A stretch of DNA of 64,000 nucleotides from an uncultured Collinsella sp. (lineage in GTDB: Bacteria; Actinomycetota; Coriobacteriia; Coriobacteriales; Coriobacteriaceae), in contig CAUGJE010000009.1 of the NCBI GenBank assembly GCA_959599915.1, positions 20,031 to 84,030 on the forward strand. Direction: 5' to 3'. The notes below the pieces were generated by a model. The model did not search any database. It saw only the letters and a program-made list of their open reading frames with translations, and had not been told where the DNA came from. This document shows, one piece after another, positions 1 through 9,819 of the stretch (the first letter of the stretch is position 1; every line of letters starts with the position of its first letter). Position numbers and translations under genes: made by a program.

Positions 1-955
1 CGGGGGTATCGCCGTACTTATCCTTGTAAGCGTTAACGAAGCCGGCGTTCTTCTCGTCGTCGGCAGAGAACGGGGTCATGAGCAGCAGACCCTCGGCAAG
101 AGAGGTGTCGAAGCCCTCAACGCCCAGGATACCGTCCATGCCGTCGCAGCCCATCATCTTGACGTCGTAGCCCATGTCCTTGGCGTTCTTGAGCAGGACG
201 GACGCCGGCGTGTAGTAGATCGGCGCAAAGATCATGGTGGCGCCGGCCTGCTTGGCCTTGGTCAGCTGGTTGGTAAAGCTCGTGGCGGAGTCGTCCTTAA
301 AGGTCTCCTCGTCGACAACCTCGAGCTTGGACTCAGCGGCCTGGGCCTTAAAGGAATCTGCGATGCCCGAAGAATAGGCGTCGCCGGAGTTATAGAACAG
401 CACGAACTTCTCGTCCGCATATTTCTCTGCCAGGAACTTGGCAGCGTTGACACCCTGGTTGGGGTCGGTGAAGCAAACCTGGAAGACGCAATCCTTGCCG
501 TCGGTGACGTCCTCGGAGGACGCGGACGGGGTGATCATGAACGTCTTGGGGTCGTTACCGCACTCTGCGGCAACGGCAACCGACGCGCCCGTGGTGGTCG
601 GGCCGACGAGGGCCTGCATGCCCCAGTCGAGCAGGGTGTTGAAGGCGTTGACGGCCTTCTCGCCATCGGCCTGGTCATCCTCGGCCTTGCTGGCAAGCGG
701 CAGCTCCTTGGTCGAGAAATCCTTGCAGCCAAGCTCGACACCCTGGGTAACGGACTTGCCGTAGGACGCGTTGGCGCCGGTCAGCGGGCCGATGGTGCCG
801 ATCTTAAACGAAGCGTCGCCCGAAGCGGAACCGCTGTCGCCGCCGTTGGAGGAGCAGCCAGCTAGAATGGACATCGCCCCCAGACCTGCTGCGCTCGCGA
901 TAACGCTCCTGCGATTCATAACAGGGTTCAATGACTTACCGGTGAGGCTCGACAT
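1..955 (-). CDS. Branched-chain amino acid ABC transporter substrate-binding lipoprotein (LivK/LivJ-like); 3' end runs off the window
   Basis: Manual translation from ATG at 955 (SD GAGAGGAG): MSSLTGKSLNPVMNRRSVIASAAGLGAMSILAGCSS...FKIGTIGPLTGANASYG; LAGC lipobox and Peripla_BP_6-type N-terminus. Confidence 0.85.
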   Translation of the reverse strand, partial: MSSLTGKSLNPVMNRRSVIASAAGLGAMSILAGCSSNGGDSGSASGDASFKIGTIGPLTGANASYGKSVTQGVELGCKDFSTKELPLASKAEDDQADGEKAVNAFNTLLDWGMQALVGPTTTGASVAVAAECGNDPKTFMITPSASSEDVTDGKDCVFQVCFTDPNQGVNAAKFLAEKYADEKFVLFYNSGDAYSSGIADSFKAQAAESKLEVVDEETFKDDSATSFTNQLTKAKQAGATMIFAPIYYTPASVLLKNAKDMGYDVKMMGCDGMDGILGVEGFDTSLAEGLLLMTPFSADDEKNAGFVNAYKDKYGDTP

Positions 956-1259
956 GCGGCTCTCCTCTCAAATCTCGTCGGGTTTTGGTTGCCCGACAGG
1001 CCATCCTTCGCCGTGTTCGGCGTTCGCAAAATAGTAGACGCTTTAGTTGGGAAAAGTGGCGATTATTTCAACTTTTCTTTGGATTTGTTCATTTATCCAT
1101 AGTTCTGCGTATTTCTACTATTTTATGCAGTAATGCCACTTTATTATGTAAAAGTAATGTTTCCATTCTGTTACAAGCGCCCCCGCCCTGAATAAAACTG
1201 CCTCATCGGTTGCGCTTTATGCACACTTAGACGGCAATATACTTACCGTCCTGAATCAC

Positions 1260-1358
1260 CGAAGTCGGCGCTCTTCTCGTCGTCGGCGGAGAACGGGGTC
1301 ATGAGCAGCACACCCTCGGCAAGAGAGGTGTCGAAGCCCTCGGACCGTCCATGCCGTC
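1260..1358. repeat. Degenerate ~100-bp direct copy of an internal segment (37-145) of the livK-like gene
   Basis: Manual alignment: 4 mismatches in the first 82 bp, then a ~10-bp deletion, then ACCGTCCATGCCGTC. Confidence 0.9.
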
Positions 1359-1572
1359 TTGTGGTACAGGGCAAACCTTATGGCGCAAACGTTGACAGTT
1401 TGTTACGGAAGTTCGTTTGTGGCGAGTGTGTTTCCAATATTTCCGCAGCGTTTCGGGGGTAGCGTTTTGCACAGCTCCAGTTGCCTGGCAAGCACGCGCC
1501 CGCACTTCACGCTAGAATGCACTCAACCTATAAGCAGTTAATCCATCCACAAGATGCACGAAGGAGCTATCT

Positions 1573-2916
1573 ATGAGCGAACCCCTGCGCACCGTGAACG
1601 TCGGTCTGATCGGCCTGGGAACCGTCGGCGGCGGCGTGGCCCGTCTGATCAAGAGCCACCACGATGAGTACCTGGCAGCCTACGGCATCGACCTTAAGCT
1701 GACCCGCGCCTGCGCGCTTGCTTGGGAGCAGGCCGAGGCGGCCGGCATTGAGCGCGAGGCCTTTACAAGCGACTGGCACGATGTCGTCACCGACCCCGCC
1801 ATCGACATCGTCGTCGAACTGATCGGCGGCGAGCATCCCGCAACCGAGATCTTCACCACCGCCTTTGAGAACGGCAAGCATGTCGTTTCTGCCAACAAGG
1901 CCCTGCTGGGCCGTCACGTCGAGACGCTTGCCGAGAAGGCGCGCGCGTGCGGCGTGCAGATTAAGTGCGAGGCCAGCTGCGGCGGCGGCATCCCCATCGT
2001 CAGCACGCTTGAGCACGACCTGGTGGGCAACAAGATCCTGACCATCGCCGGCATCCTCAACGGCACCACCAACTACATCCTGTCGCGCATGGACGCCGAG
2101 GGCGCCGATTACGCGGACGTACTTGCCGACGCGCAGGCCAAGGGCTATGCCGAGGCCGACCCGTCCGCCGATGTCGACGGCTTCGACGCCGCCAGCAAGA
2201 CGGCGATTCTCGCCTCTATCGGCTTTGGCACCCGCGTGACCACCGACGACGTATACCAGCAAGGCATCCGCACCATCGGCGCCGAGGACATCGCCCAGGC
2301 CCGCGAACTCGGCTACACTATTAAGTTGCTCGGCATCGCCCGCAACACCGACGCCGGCGTCGACGTCCGCGTGCATCCCACGCTGATTCCCGCCGACCAC
2401 ATGCTTGCCAAGGTCAACGGCGCCATGAACGCCGTCTACGTGGTAGGCGACGCCGTGGGCGAGACCATGTTCTACGGTGCCGGCGCAGGCTCCTTCCCCA
2501 CCGCGAGCGCCGTCGTGGGCGATATCCTGTCGCTCTCCGAGCAGATCAGCCGCGGCGTGGCTCCGCTGCCCGAGATCGAGCCCTATGGTCACAACCTCGC
2601 CTTTAAGCCCATGGACGAGCTCCAGACCAAGTACTATGTGCGCCTGAAGGTCGCCGACCGCGTGGGCGCCCTGTCCGAGACGGTCGACATCTTTGCCAAG
2701 CACAACATCTCGATCTCGCTTATCAACCAGGTCGAAGATGGCAAGTCGGGCGTCAGCAACGCCTGCTCGGTCATCTTCCTGACGCACCGCGCGCTCGAGA
2801 AGGACGTCCAGGCTGCCGCCGCTGAGCTTGCCAGCGTCGACTGCGTGGCCGAGGTCGCCAACGTCCTGCGCATCGAGGACGTCGAGGCCTGGACCGAAGG
2901 AGTCATGGCGAACTAA
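1573..2916 (+). CDS. hom: Homoserine dehydrogenase with C-terminal ACT domain
   Basis: GLGTVGGG, VSANK, EASCGGGIP, GILNGTTNYIL, GYAEADPSADVDGFDAA motifs; SD AAGGAG. Confidence 0.95.
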   Translation: MSEPLRTVNVGLIGLGTVGGGVARLIKSHHDEYLAAYGIDLKLTRACALAWEQAEAAGIEREAFTSDWHDVVTDPAIDIVVELIGGEHPATEIFTTAFENGKHVVSANKALLGRHVETLAEKARACGVQIKCEASCGGGIPIVSTLEHDLVGNKILTIAGILNGTTNYILSRMDAEGADYADVLADAQAKGYAEADPSADVDGFDAASKTAILASIGFGTRVTTDDVYQQGIRTIGAEDIAQARELGYTIKLLGIARNTDAGVDVRVHPTLIPADHMLAKVNGAMNAVYVVGDAVGETMFYGAGAGSFPTASAVVGDILSLSEQISRGVAPLPEIEPYGHNLAFKPMDELQTKYYVRLKVADRVGALSETVDIFAKHNISISLINQVEDGKSGVSNACSVIFLTHRALEKDVQAAAAELASVDCVAEVANVLRIEDVEAWTEGVMAN

Positions 2917-2946
2917 CCCAACGCTCGCCAAGCAATACGCGCTTTG

Positions 2947-2982
2947 AGGGCTCCCGTCCGATGTGGGACGGGAGCCCTTTTG
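2947..2982 (+). terminator. Intrinsic terminator after hom
   Basis: AGGGCTCCCGTCC/GGACGGGAGCCCT stem followed by a T tract. Confidence 0.8.
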
Positions 2983-3130
2983 TCTCCTGCCCTAAGCACA
3001 ACGGCAGAGCACATTTGCGCGAGCCGCTCATCGGTAACGTGGGTTACCGTTCACCGATATGCAAACGCGGCCGATTCCGGCTACCGCTACGCTGTGCTGC
3101 GTACGTCCACCCCCGAAGAATGGAGGCACC

Positions 3131-3880
3131 ATGTTGCTCGAGGGCAAGAAAGCAATCGTCACCGGAGGCACGCGCGGTATCGGCTATGCCATCGCCTGCC
3201 GTTTTATCGAGGAGGGTGCCGCCGTCACCGTCTTTGGCTCGCGCCAGGAGACTGCCGATGCGGCCGTTGAGAAGCTCACCGCCGCCTACCCCGAGGCCAA
3301 AGTTTGGGGCCGTTCCTGCGATCTCACCTCGCTCGAGGCCGTGACTGAGGCCTTTACACAGGCTGCCGCTGATATGGGCGGCCTGGACACGGTCGTCAAC
3401 AACGCCGGCATCTCCCAGCGCTCGCCCCTTTTGGACTATGCAGCCGAGGAGTTCGCCAAAGTTATGGACCTCAACGTCGTCGCCGTCTTTAACGGCCACC
3501 AGGCTGCCGCCAAGATCATGACCGAGGCCGGCCACGGCGGCACCATCACCACCACGAGCTCGATGGTCGCCAAGTATGGCCAGCCCTCCGGCGTCGGCTA
3601 TCCCACGTCCAAGTTTGCCGTCAACGGCATGGTCCAGTCGCTTTCACGCGAGCTCGCCCCCATGGGCATTCGCGTCAACGCCGTCGCACCCGGCGTGACC
3701 AAGACCGATATGGTCGCCAACCTCCCCGAGGAGATTATCAAACCCATCATCGCCACCATTCCGCTGGGCCGCATGGGCGAGCCCGAGGATGTCGCCAACG
3801 CCTTTGTTTTCCTGGCGAGCGACATGTCCTCCTATGTCACGGGCGCCGTGCTCCCCGTCGACGGAGCCGCCCGCTCCTAA
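3131..3880 (+). CDS. Classical SDR oxidoreductase, BaiA/3-alpha-hydroxysteroid dehydrogenase-like
   Basis: TGGTRGIG, NNAG, catalytic YPTSK, VAPGVTKTDM; SD GGAGG before ATG 3131. Confidence 0.85.
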   Translation: MLLEGKKAIVTGGTRGIGYAIACRFIEEGAAVTVFGSRQETADAAVEKLTAAYPEAKVWGRSCDLTSLEAVTEAFTQAAADMGGLDTVVNNAGISQRSPLLDYAAEEFAKVMDLNVVAVFNGHQAAAKIMTEAGHGGTITTTSSMVAKYGQPSGVGYPTSKFAVNGMVQSLSRELAPMGIRVNAVAPGVTKTDMVANLPEEIIKPIIATIPLGRMGEPEDVANAFVFLASDMSSYVTGAVLPVDGAARS

Positions 3881-3921
3881 AGGTCGCAAGCCACGACTCC
3901 TAGCCTCAACATTGCTCAACG

Positions 3922-3965
3922 CAAAAGGCGCGCTGCCTGCATCAACCGCAGGCAGCGCGCCTTCT
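3922..3965. terminator. Hairpin terminator after the SDR gene
   Basis: AAGGCGCGCTGCCTGC/GCAGGCAGCGCGCCTT stem. Confidence 0.75.
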
Positions 3966-3977
3966 TCTGTTTGAAGT

Positions 3978-4209
3978 GGAAGCTGCGTCCCAGTATTCCG
4001 GCTCAGACCGGGACGCAGCTTCCCTCAGGGCCATGTTTCGGAAAATGCGCCCCGTTTTGAACGCCGATTCTGGGACGCGCTTTCCGCAACGAGTCTCTCG
4101 CGGAAACCACATCCCACTCTGAGCGTCCATTCTGGGATGTAGCTTCCCGATGGGGACCGACGCGGAAGCTGCGTCCCGTTTCGGGTCTTTAAAGTGGGAC
4201 GCGCCTTCC
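3978..4209. repeat. Array of four 46-bp palindromic units (14-bp arm, 18-nt loop, 14-bp arm) separated by 16-nt spacers; 62-bp period; REP/BIME-like
   Basis: Units start at 3978, 4040, 4102 and 4164; arm consensus GGAAGCTGCGTCCC / GGGACGCAGCTTCC. Confidence 0.9.
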
Positions 4210-4226
4210 CCTAGGGAAGCATCTCG

Positions 4227-5789
4227 TTATTTGCCGTCGTCGTCCTGGGCTTCATCGCGCGCATAGAGCTCCAGCATGCGACGGCGGTACTCATGCACGG
4301 CGAGCTTGGCGCGCTCTAGGCGGCGACGCTCACGCGGGGTGAGCTCGGACGGATCTATCTCGTCGCCATAGGTCTTATCGGCAAGCAGATGCGCCGCATC
4401 CACAATGCGCGCATCGATGCGTTCGCTCGCCGCCCGATCAGAAAGGCGCTCGGCAATCGTATCGAGTGTAGGCAAGCCTTCGAATACGCGACCATGTCCA
4501 TGCGACGTCAATAGCTCGTGCTCGCGGGCGAGAAGACTTGCCAGGTCGTGATGGGCGCGCAGGATATTGAGCGCATCAGAAGGATGCTCGGCAACCTCCG
4601 CCACGGCGGCGACCGGCGCGGCATCGACCACGCGGTAGAAGAGCTGCGCGAGCAGTGGCATCAGGAACACCGTGATGGCGCCGGCCGCCACCATGACCGA
4701 AGCGACGTCCTGCGATAATGCGCCAGCATTGACGGCAACGCTCGTCACGGCGACGATAATCGGCAGCGCCGTGGTGCAGTAGAGCGCTACGGTAATGCGG
4801 CCGTGGGCAGAAACATCGCGCGTCTTGGGGCAGATGCCCATGGAGACGACAATGGGCACGGCACGGATAACCAGCAACGCCATGATAAAGCCCACGAGCA
4901 GGCCAGGGCGCGATGCTACAGCCGTCAGGTCGATCTTGGCACCCGACACGGTAAAGAACACCGGGATTAAAAAGCCATAGGCAAGGCCATCGAGTTTAAG
5001 CTCGAGCGTATGGTTGCCCTCGGGGATGATATAGCGCAGGACAAAGCCCGCGGCAAAAGCGCCCAACACGATATCGAGGCTAAAAATGGCCGAGAACGCC
5101 ACGAGCGTGACCAGGATGAGCACTGTGAGGCGCACGAACGTCTGGGAGGTCGTATCGGCGCGCTCCTGAATAAAGGCAAAGAAGCGGCTGCCGATACGCT
5201 TGGAGCGGCTGGGGACCACGGCAAGCAGCACACACACCACGGCGAACAGACCCAAGATCAACAATGTCTCGACACCCGTACGGGCAGACAGCAGCACCGA
5301 CATGGCGAGCACAGGCCCGAGCTCGCCCCACGTACCATAGGCAAGAATCGAATCGCCGACGCGCGTCCCGGCAAGCGACCGCTCGCGCAAGATGGGCATG
5401 AGCGCCCCAAGCGCCGTCGAGGTCAACGCCAGCGTCACGGCGATGCCATCAAAATGACTGACCGAAAACCACGGGGTAAAGCGCACGGCTAGCCAGGCGA
5501 TACCAAACGTGACGACCCACGTCGCCAAGCCGTAGCGTCCCTCCACACCCGTAATGTTCTTAGGGTCAATCTCAAAGCCGGCAAGCAGGAACAAAAAGGC
5601 CAGGCCCAGCTCGGACACCAGCGAGACCTCGGCATCCACATGGATAAGGCCGAGCATATGCGGGCCCAGCACCGCACCGAACACGAGCAAAAAGACCGTT
5701 TCGGGAACGGGTTTTCCGGGAATCGCCGAGGCGATGAAGGGGCTTGCAAAGGCCACGAGTGCGATGATGGCGAGCGAAACGAATGCCAT
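4227..5789 (-). CDS. Cation:proton antiporter (CPA2/Kef-type) with soluble C-terminal extension
   Basis: Many TM segments; ELGLAFLFLLAGFEID, LGAFAAG and FLIPVFF motifs. Confidence 0.85.
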   Translation of the reverse strand: MAFVSLAIIALVAFASPFIASAIPGKPVPETVFLLVFGAVLGPHMLGLIHVDAEVSLVSELGLAFLFLLAGFEIDPKNITGVEGRYGLATWVVTFGIAWLAVRFTPWFSVSHFDGIAVTLALTSTALGALMPILRERSLAGTRVGDSILAYGTWGELGPVLAMSVLLSARTGVETLLILGLFAVVCVLLAVVPSRSKRIGSRFFAFIQERADTTSQTFVRLTVLILVTLVAFSAIFSLDIVLGAFAAGFVLRYIIPEGNHTLELKLDGLAYGFLIPVFFTVSGAKIDLTAVASRPGLLVGFIMALLVIRAVPIVVSMGICPKTRDVSAHGRITVALYCTTALPIIVAVTSVAVNAGALSQDVASVMVAAGAITVFLMPLLAQLFYRVVDAAPVAAVAEVAEHPSDALNILRAHHDLASLLAREHELLTSHGHGRVFEGLPTLDTIAERLSDRAASERIDARIVDAAHLLADKTYGDEIDPSELTPRERRRLERAKLAVHEYRRRMLELYARDEAQDDDGK

Positions 5790-5973
5790 GTGATGCCTTT
5801 CTCTTGTTTGCGCTTCACTGTAGCACCCTCGCCGTCCTCAACGCGCCGCGAGCTGTCGTATCATAGTGAGGTTTACAAACATGTGGCTCAAGGCGACCGC
5901 GAGGCTTGCCCCGTAAACCGACCGCTGCCGCATACCGTACCGTACGCCCAACCGATCAGGAAGGCAGGAACCA

Positions 5974-8900
5974 ATGGTCTCTCGTATCTACGTGGAGAAG
6001 AAACCCGGGTTCGACGTCGAGGCTCAGCAGCTCAAGGGCGAGCTGACCGAAATTCTCGGCATCAAGGGCATCGAGGCCCTGAGGATCATCAACCGCTACG
6101 ACGTCGAGGGCATCGACGAGGAGCTTTTCCGCTCCTGCGTGCCGACCGTCTTTAGCGAGCCCCAGGTCGATGTGACCTACGACGAGCTCCCCGCAAGCGA
6201 TGGCGCCGTCTTTGCCGTCGAATTCCTGCCTGGCCAGTTTGACCAGCGCGCCGACTCCGCCAGCGAGTGCGTGCAGCTCATCAGCCAGGGCGAGCGCCCC
6301 GCCGTGCGCTCCGCCAAGGTCTATATGATCTCGGGCGCTCTGGACGAGGCCTCCATCGATGCCATCAAGCACTACGTGGTGAACCCCGTCGAGGCGCGCA
6401 TCGCCTCGCTCGACCTGCCCGAGACGCTATACATGGAGACCCCCGAGCCCCAGCCCGTCGAGGTGCTCGACGGCTTCCGTGAGCTCGACGAGGCCGGCCT
6501 TGCCACCTTTATCGCCGATCGCGGCCTTGCCATGGACGAGGCGGACATCGCCTTCTGCCAGCAGTACTTCCGCGATGAGGACCGCGACCCCACCATCACC
6601 GAGATCCGCGTGATCGACACCTACTGGTCTGACCACTGCCGCCACACCACCTTCGGCACCGTCCTGGACGACGTGACGATCGACGACGCCGTGGTGCAGC
6701 AAGCCTTCGACCGCTACATGGAGATGCGCCACGAGCTCGGTCGCGACGCCAAGCCCGTCTGTCTCATGGACATGGGCACCATCGGCGCCAAGTACCTTAA
6801 GAAGACCGGCGTCATGACCGATGTCGACGAGTCCGAGGAGATCAACGCCTGCACCGTCAAGGTAAAGGTCGATGTCGACGGCGAGGACCAGGACTGGCTG
6901 TTCCTGTTTAAGAACGAGACCCACAACCACCCGACCGAGATCGAGCCCTTCGGCGGTGCCGCCACCTGCGTGGGCGGTGCCATCCGCGACCCGCTGTCGG
7001 GCCGCAGCTACGTGTACCAGGCCATGCGTGTCACCGGCGCCGGCGACCCCACCGTCCCCGTGTCCGAGACGCTCGAGGGCAAGCTGCCGCAGCGCAAGCT
7101 CGTGACCACTGCCGCCGCCGGCTACTCCAGCTACGGCAACCAGATCGGCCTTGCCACCGGTCAGGTCAACGAGCTCTATCACCCCGGCTACGTGGCCAAG
7201 CGCATGGAGGTCGGCGCCGTCGTGGGCGCTACCCCGGCAAACCACGTGCGTCGCGAGTGCCCCGCCCCCACCGACAAGATCATTCTGCTGGGCGGCCGCA
7301 CCGGCCGTGACGGCATCGGTGGCGCCACCGGCTCCTCCAAGACCCAGAACACCGAGTCGATCGAGACCTCGGGTGCCGAGGTCCAGAAGGGCAACGCCCC
7401 GGTCGAGCGCAAGCTGCAGCGTCTGTTCCGCCGCGGCGACGCCTGCCGTCTGATCAAGCGCTGCAACGACTTTGGCGCCGGCGGCGTCTCGGTCGCCGTG
7501 GGCGAGCTTGCCGACGGCCTGTATGTCGACCTTGATACCGTGACCAAGAAGTACGACGGCCTGGACGGCACCGAGCTTGCCATCTCCGAGTCCCAGGAGC
7601 GCATGGCCTGCGCAGTTGCCGACGGTGACGTCGAGGAGTTCATGGGTTACGCCGCCGAGGAGAACCTCGAGGCGACCGTTATCGCCGAGGTTACCGCCGA
7701 GCCGCGCATGCGCATGGCCTGGAACGGCGTCGCCATCGTCGACCTGTCCCGTGAGTTCCTCAACTCCAACGGTGCACCCAAGCACCAGGTCGCCCACGTC
7801 TGCGCCCGTAGCGTGTGGCAGCCCAGCTGGGCCGGTACCACGCTTGCCGAGCGCATGACCTCGCTTGTCACCGACCTCAACGTCGCCTCCAACAAGGGCC
7901 TTTCCGAGCGCTTCGACTCCACCATCGGCGCCGCCACCGTGCTCATGCCCTTTGGCGGCAAGACGCAGCTCACCCCGAGCTCTGCCATGGTCGCCAAGTT
8001 CCCCGTGGACGGCGAGACCACCACGGCGAGCGCTATGGCATGGGGCTTCAACCCCTACCTGATGGAGGCCGACCAGTTTGCGGGCGCCTACCTGTCCGTG
8101 GTTGAGTCAATCGCCAAGCTCGTGGCCGCCGGCTTTGAGCACAAGCGCGCCTACCTCTCCTTCCAGGAATACTTTGAGCGCCTGCGCACCGAGGCCGAGC
8201 GCTGGGGCAAGCCCATGGCAGCCGTCCTGGGCGCCCTTATGGCCCAGGTCGACCTGGGCGCCGGCGCCATCGGCGGCAAGGATTCCATGAGCGGCTCCTT
8301 TGAGGACGAGGCCGGCGAGCTCAACGTTCCGCCGACCCTCATCAGCTTCGCCGTGGCCGTGGGCAAGGCCGCCCGCGCCGTCTCGCCCGAGTTCAAGGGC
8401 CTGACGCACCGCGTCGTCCGCATCGCCCCCGCCACCTACGGCGAGGACTACCGCCCCGACGCTCAGCAGCTGCTCGCCGCGTTTGACGCCGTCGAGGCGC
8501 TCACTGCTACCGGCGACGCCCTGGCCGTCTCCACGCCCGGCTACGGCTGCGGCGCCGAGAGCCTCTTTAAGATGTGCGTCGGTAACCAGATCGGCATCGA
8601 GCTTGCCGAGGACGTGGACGTGGAGAGCCTCTTCACCCCGCTCTACGGCAGCTTTATCGTCGAGCTCGCAGAGGATGCCGAGCTGCCCGAGGTCGCCGAC
8701 GGCGTTGTCGTCGAGCCCCTGGGCACCACCGTCGAGGGCTATGTCATCGACACCGGCTCCGAGGTCATCGAGCTCTCCGAGCTCCAAGAGGCCTGGGAGA
8801 GCGGCATCGAGGGCGTCTTTGCCTACCGCAGCACCGGCAAGCAGCCCGAGGTCGAGACCATCGACTTCCGCGCCAAGGACATCCACGTGTACGGCGGCGC

Positions 8901-9720
8901 CAAGATCGCCCGCCCGCGCGTGATCATCCCCGTGTTCCCCGGCAACAACTGCGAGTACGATAGCGCCCGTGCCTTCCGCGCAGCCGGCGCCGAGGCCGAC
9001 ACCTTCGTGATCAACAACCTCACGCCCGAGGCCGTCGCCGAGAGCACCCACGAGCTTGCCCGCCGCATCCGCGAGAGCCAGATCGTCATGATCCCCGGCG
9101 GCTTCTCGGGCGGCGACGAGCCCGACGGCTCCGCCAAGTTCATCACGGCGTTCTTCCGCGCTCCCGAGGTCACCGAGGCAGTCCGCGACCTGCTCAAGGC
9201 CCGCGACGGCCTGATGCTTGGCATCTGCAACGGCTTCCAGGCCCTGATCAAGCTCGGTCTGGTGCCCTACGGCGACATCGTCGACGCCACGCCCGATGCG
9301 CCCACGCTGACCTTTAACACCATCGGTCGTCACCAGAGCCGTCTGGTGCGCACTCGCATCTCGTCCAATCTGTCCCCGTGGCTGTCGCAGTGCAACCTCG
9401 ACGACCCCTACACCGTCGCCATCAGCCACGGCGAGGGCCGCTTTGTCGCCAACGACGAGGTGCTCGCCCAGCTGATCGCCAACGGCCAGGTCGCCACGCA
9501 GTACGTGGGCGAGGACGGCAAGCCCAGCATGGACCTTTCCGTCAACCCCAACGGCTCCGCACTTGCCATCGAGGGCATCACGAGCCCCGACGGCCGCGTC
9601 CTGGGCAAGATGGGCCATGCCGAGCGTCGCGGCGACAACCTGTACCGCAACGTGCCCGAGCATGTCCCCGGCGATAAGTTCATGCCGATCTTTGAGAGCG
9701 GCGTGGCCTACTTCGCTTAA
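5974..9720 (+). CDS. purL: Phosphoribosylformylglycinamidine synthase, large single-chain form
   Basis: YWSDHCRH, KNETHNHPTEIEPFGGAAT, PGGFSGGD, GICNGFQ and SHGEG motifs. Confidence 0.97.
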   Translation: MVSRIYVEKKPGFDVEAQQLKGELTEILGIKGIEALRIINRYDVEGIDEELFRSCVPTVFSEPQVDVTYDELPASDGAVFAVEFLPGQFDQRADSASECVQLISQGERPAVRSAKVYMISGALDEASIDAIKHYVVNPVEARIASLDLPETLYMETPEPQPVEVLDGFRELDEAGLATFIADRGLAMDEADIAFCQQYFRDEDRDPTITEIRVIDTYWSDHCRHTTFGTVLDDVTIDDAVVQQAFDRYMEMRHELGRDAKPVCLMDMGTIGAKYLKKTGVMTDVDESEEINACTVKVKVDVDGEDQDWLFLFKNETHNHPTEIEPFGGAATCVGGAIRDPLSGRSYVYQAMRVTGAGDPTVPVSETLEGKLPQRKLVTTAAAGYSSYGNQIGLATGQVNELYHPGYVAKRMEVGAVVGATPANHVRRECPAPTDKIILLGGRTGRDGIGGATGSSKTQNTESIETSGAEVQKGNAPVERKLQRLFRRGDACRLIKRCNDFGAGGVSVAVGELADGLYVDLDTVTKKYDGLDGTELAISESQERMACAVADGDVEEFMGYAAEENLEATVIAEVTAEPRMRMAWNGVAIVDLSREFLNSNGAPKHQVAHVCARSVWQPSWAGTTLAERMTSLVTDLNVASNKGLSERFDSTIGAATVLMPFGGKTQLTPSSAMVAKFPVDGETTTASAMAWGFNPYLMEADQFAGAYLSVVESIAKLVAAGFEHKRAYLSFQEYFERLRTEAERWGKPMAAVLGALMAQVDLGAGAIGGKDSMSGSFEDEAGELNVPPTLISFAVAVGKAARAVSPEFKGLTHRVVRIAPATYGEDYRPDAQQLLAAFDAVEALTATGDALAVSTPGYGCGAESLFKMCVGNQIGIELAEDVDVESLFTPLYGSFIVELAEDAELPEVADGVVVEPLGTTVEGYVIDTGSEVIELSELQEAWESGIEGVFAYRSTGKQPEVETIDFRAKDIHVYGGAKIARPRVIIPVFPGNNCEYDSARAFRAAGAEADTFVINNLTPEAVAESTHELARRIRESQIVMIPGGFSGGDEPDGSAKFITAFFRAPEVTEAVRDLLKARDGLMLGICNGFQALIKLGLVPYGDIVDATPDAPTLTFNTIGRHQSRLVRTRISSNLSPWLSQCNLDDPYTVAISHGEGRFVANDEVLAQLIANGQVATQYVGEDGKPSMDLSVNPNGSALAIEGITSPDGRVLGKMGHAERRGDNLYRNVPEHVPGDKFMPIFESGVAYFA

Positions 9721-9757
9721 ACCTTTCCCATCGGGTACAATCCCCTCGGGTAACAAC

Positions 9758-9794
9758 ACCCGCCACCGACACATCCGGTGGCGGGTTCTTTTTT
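9758..9794 (+). terminator. Intrinsic terminator after purL
   Basis: ACCCGCCACCG/CGGTGGCGGGT stem plus TCTTTTTT. Confidence 0.8.
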
Positions 9795-9819
9795 GCTTCG
9801 CGCATGCAGGAAGGACATC

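Noticed and set aside
1260..1358. Diversity-generating retroelement template repeat for livK
   Set aside because: Mismatches are not confined to adenines, there is an indel, and no reverse transcriptase is in the window
3978..4209. CRISPR array
   Set aside because: Repeats alternate in orientation, are only 14 bp with 16/18-nt spacers, and no cas genes or leader are present; kept as a REP-like array
5850..5970. Purine or ZTP riboswitch upstream of purL
   Set aside because: CCGTAAA and a GGTTTAC/GTAAACC stem are present, but the other conserved cores (TTTCTACC; GACTGGCG/CCTGGGC) are missing
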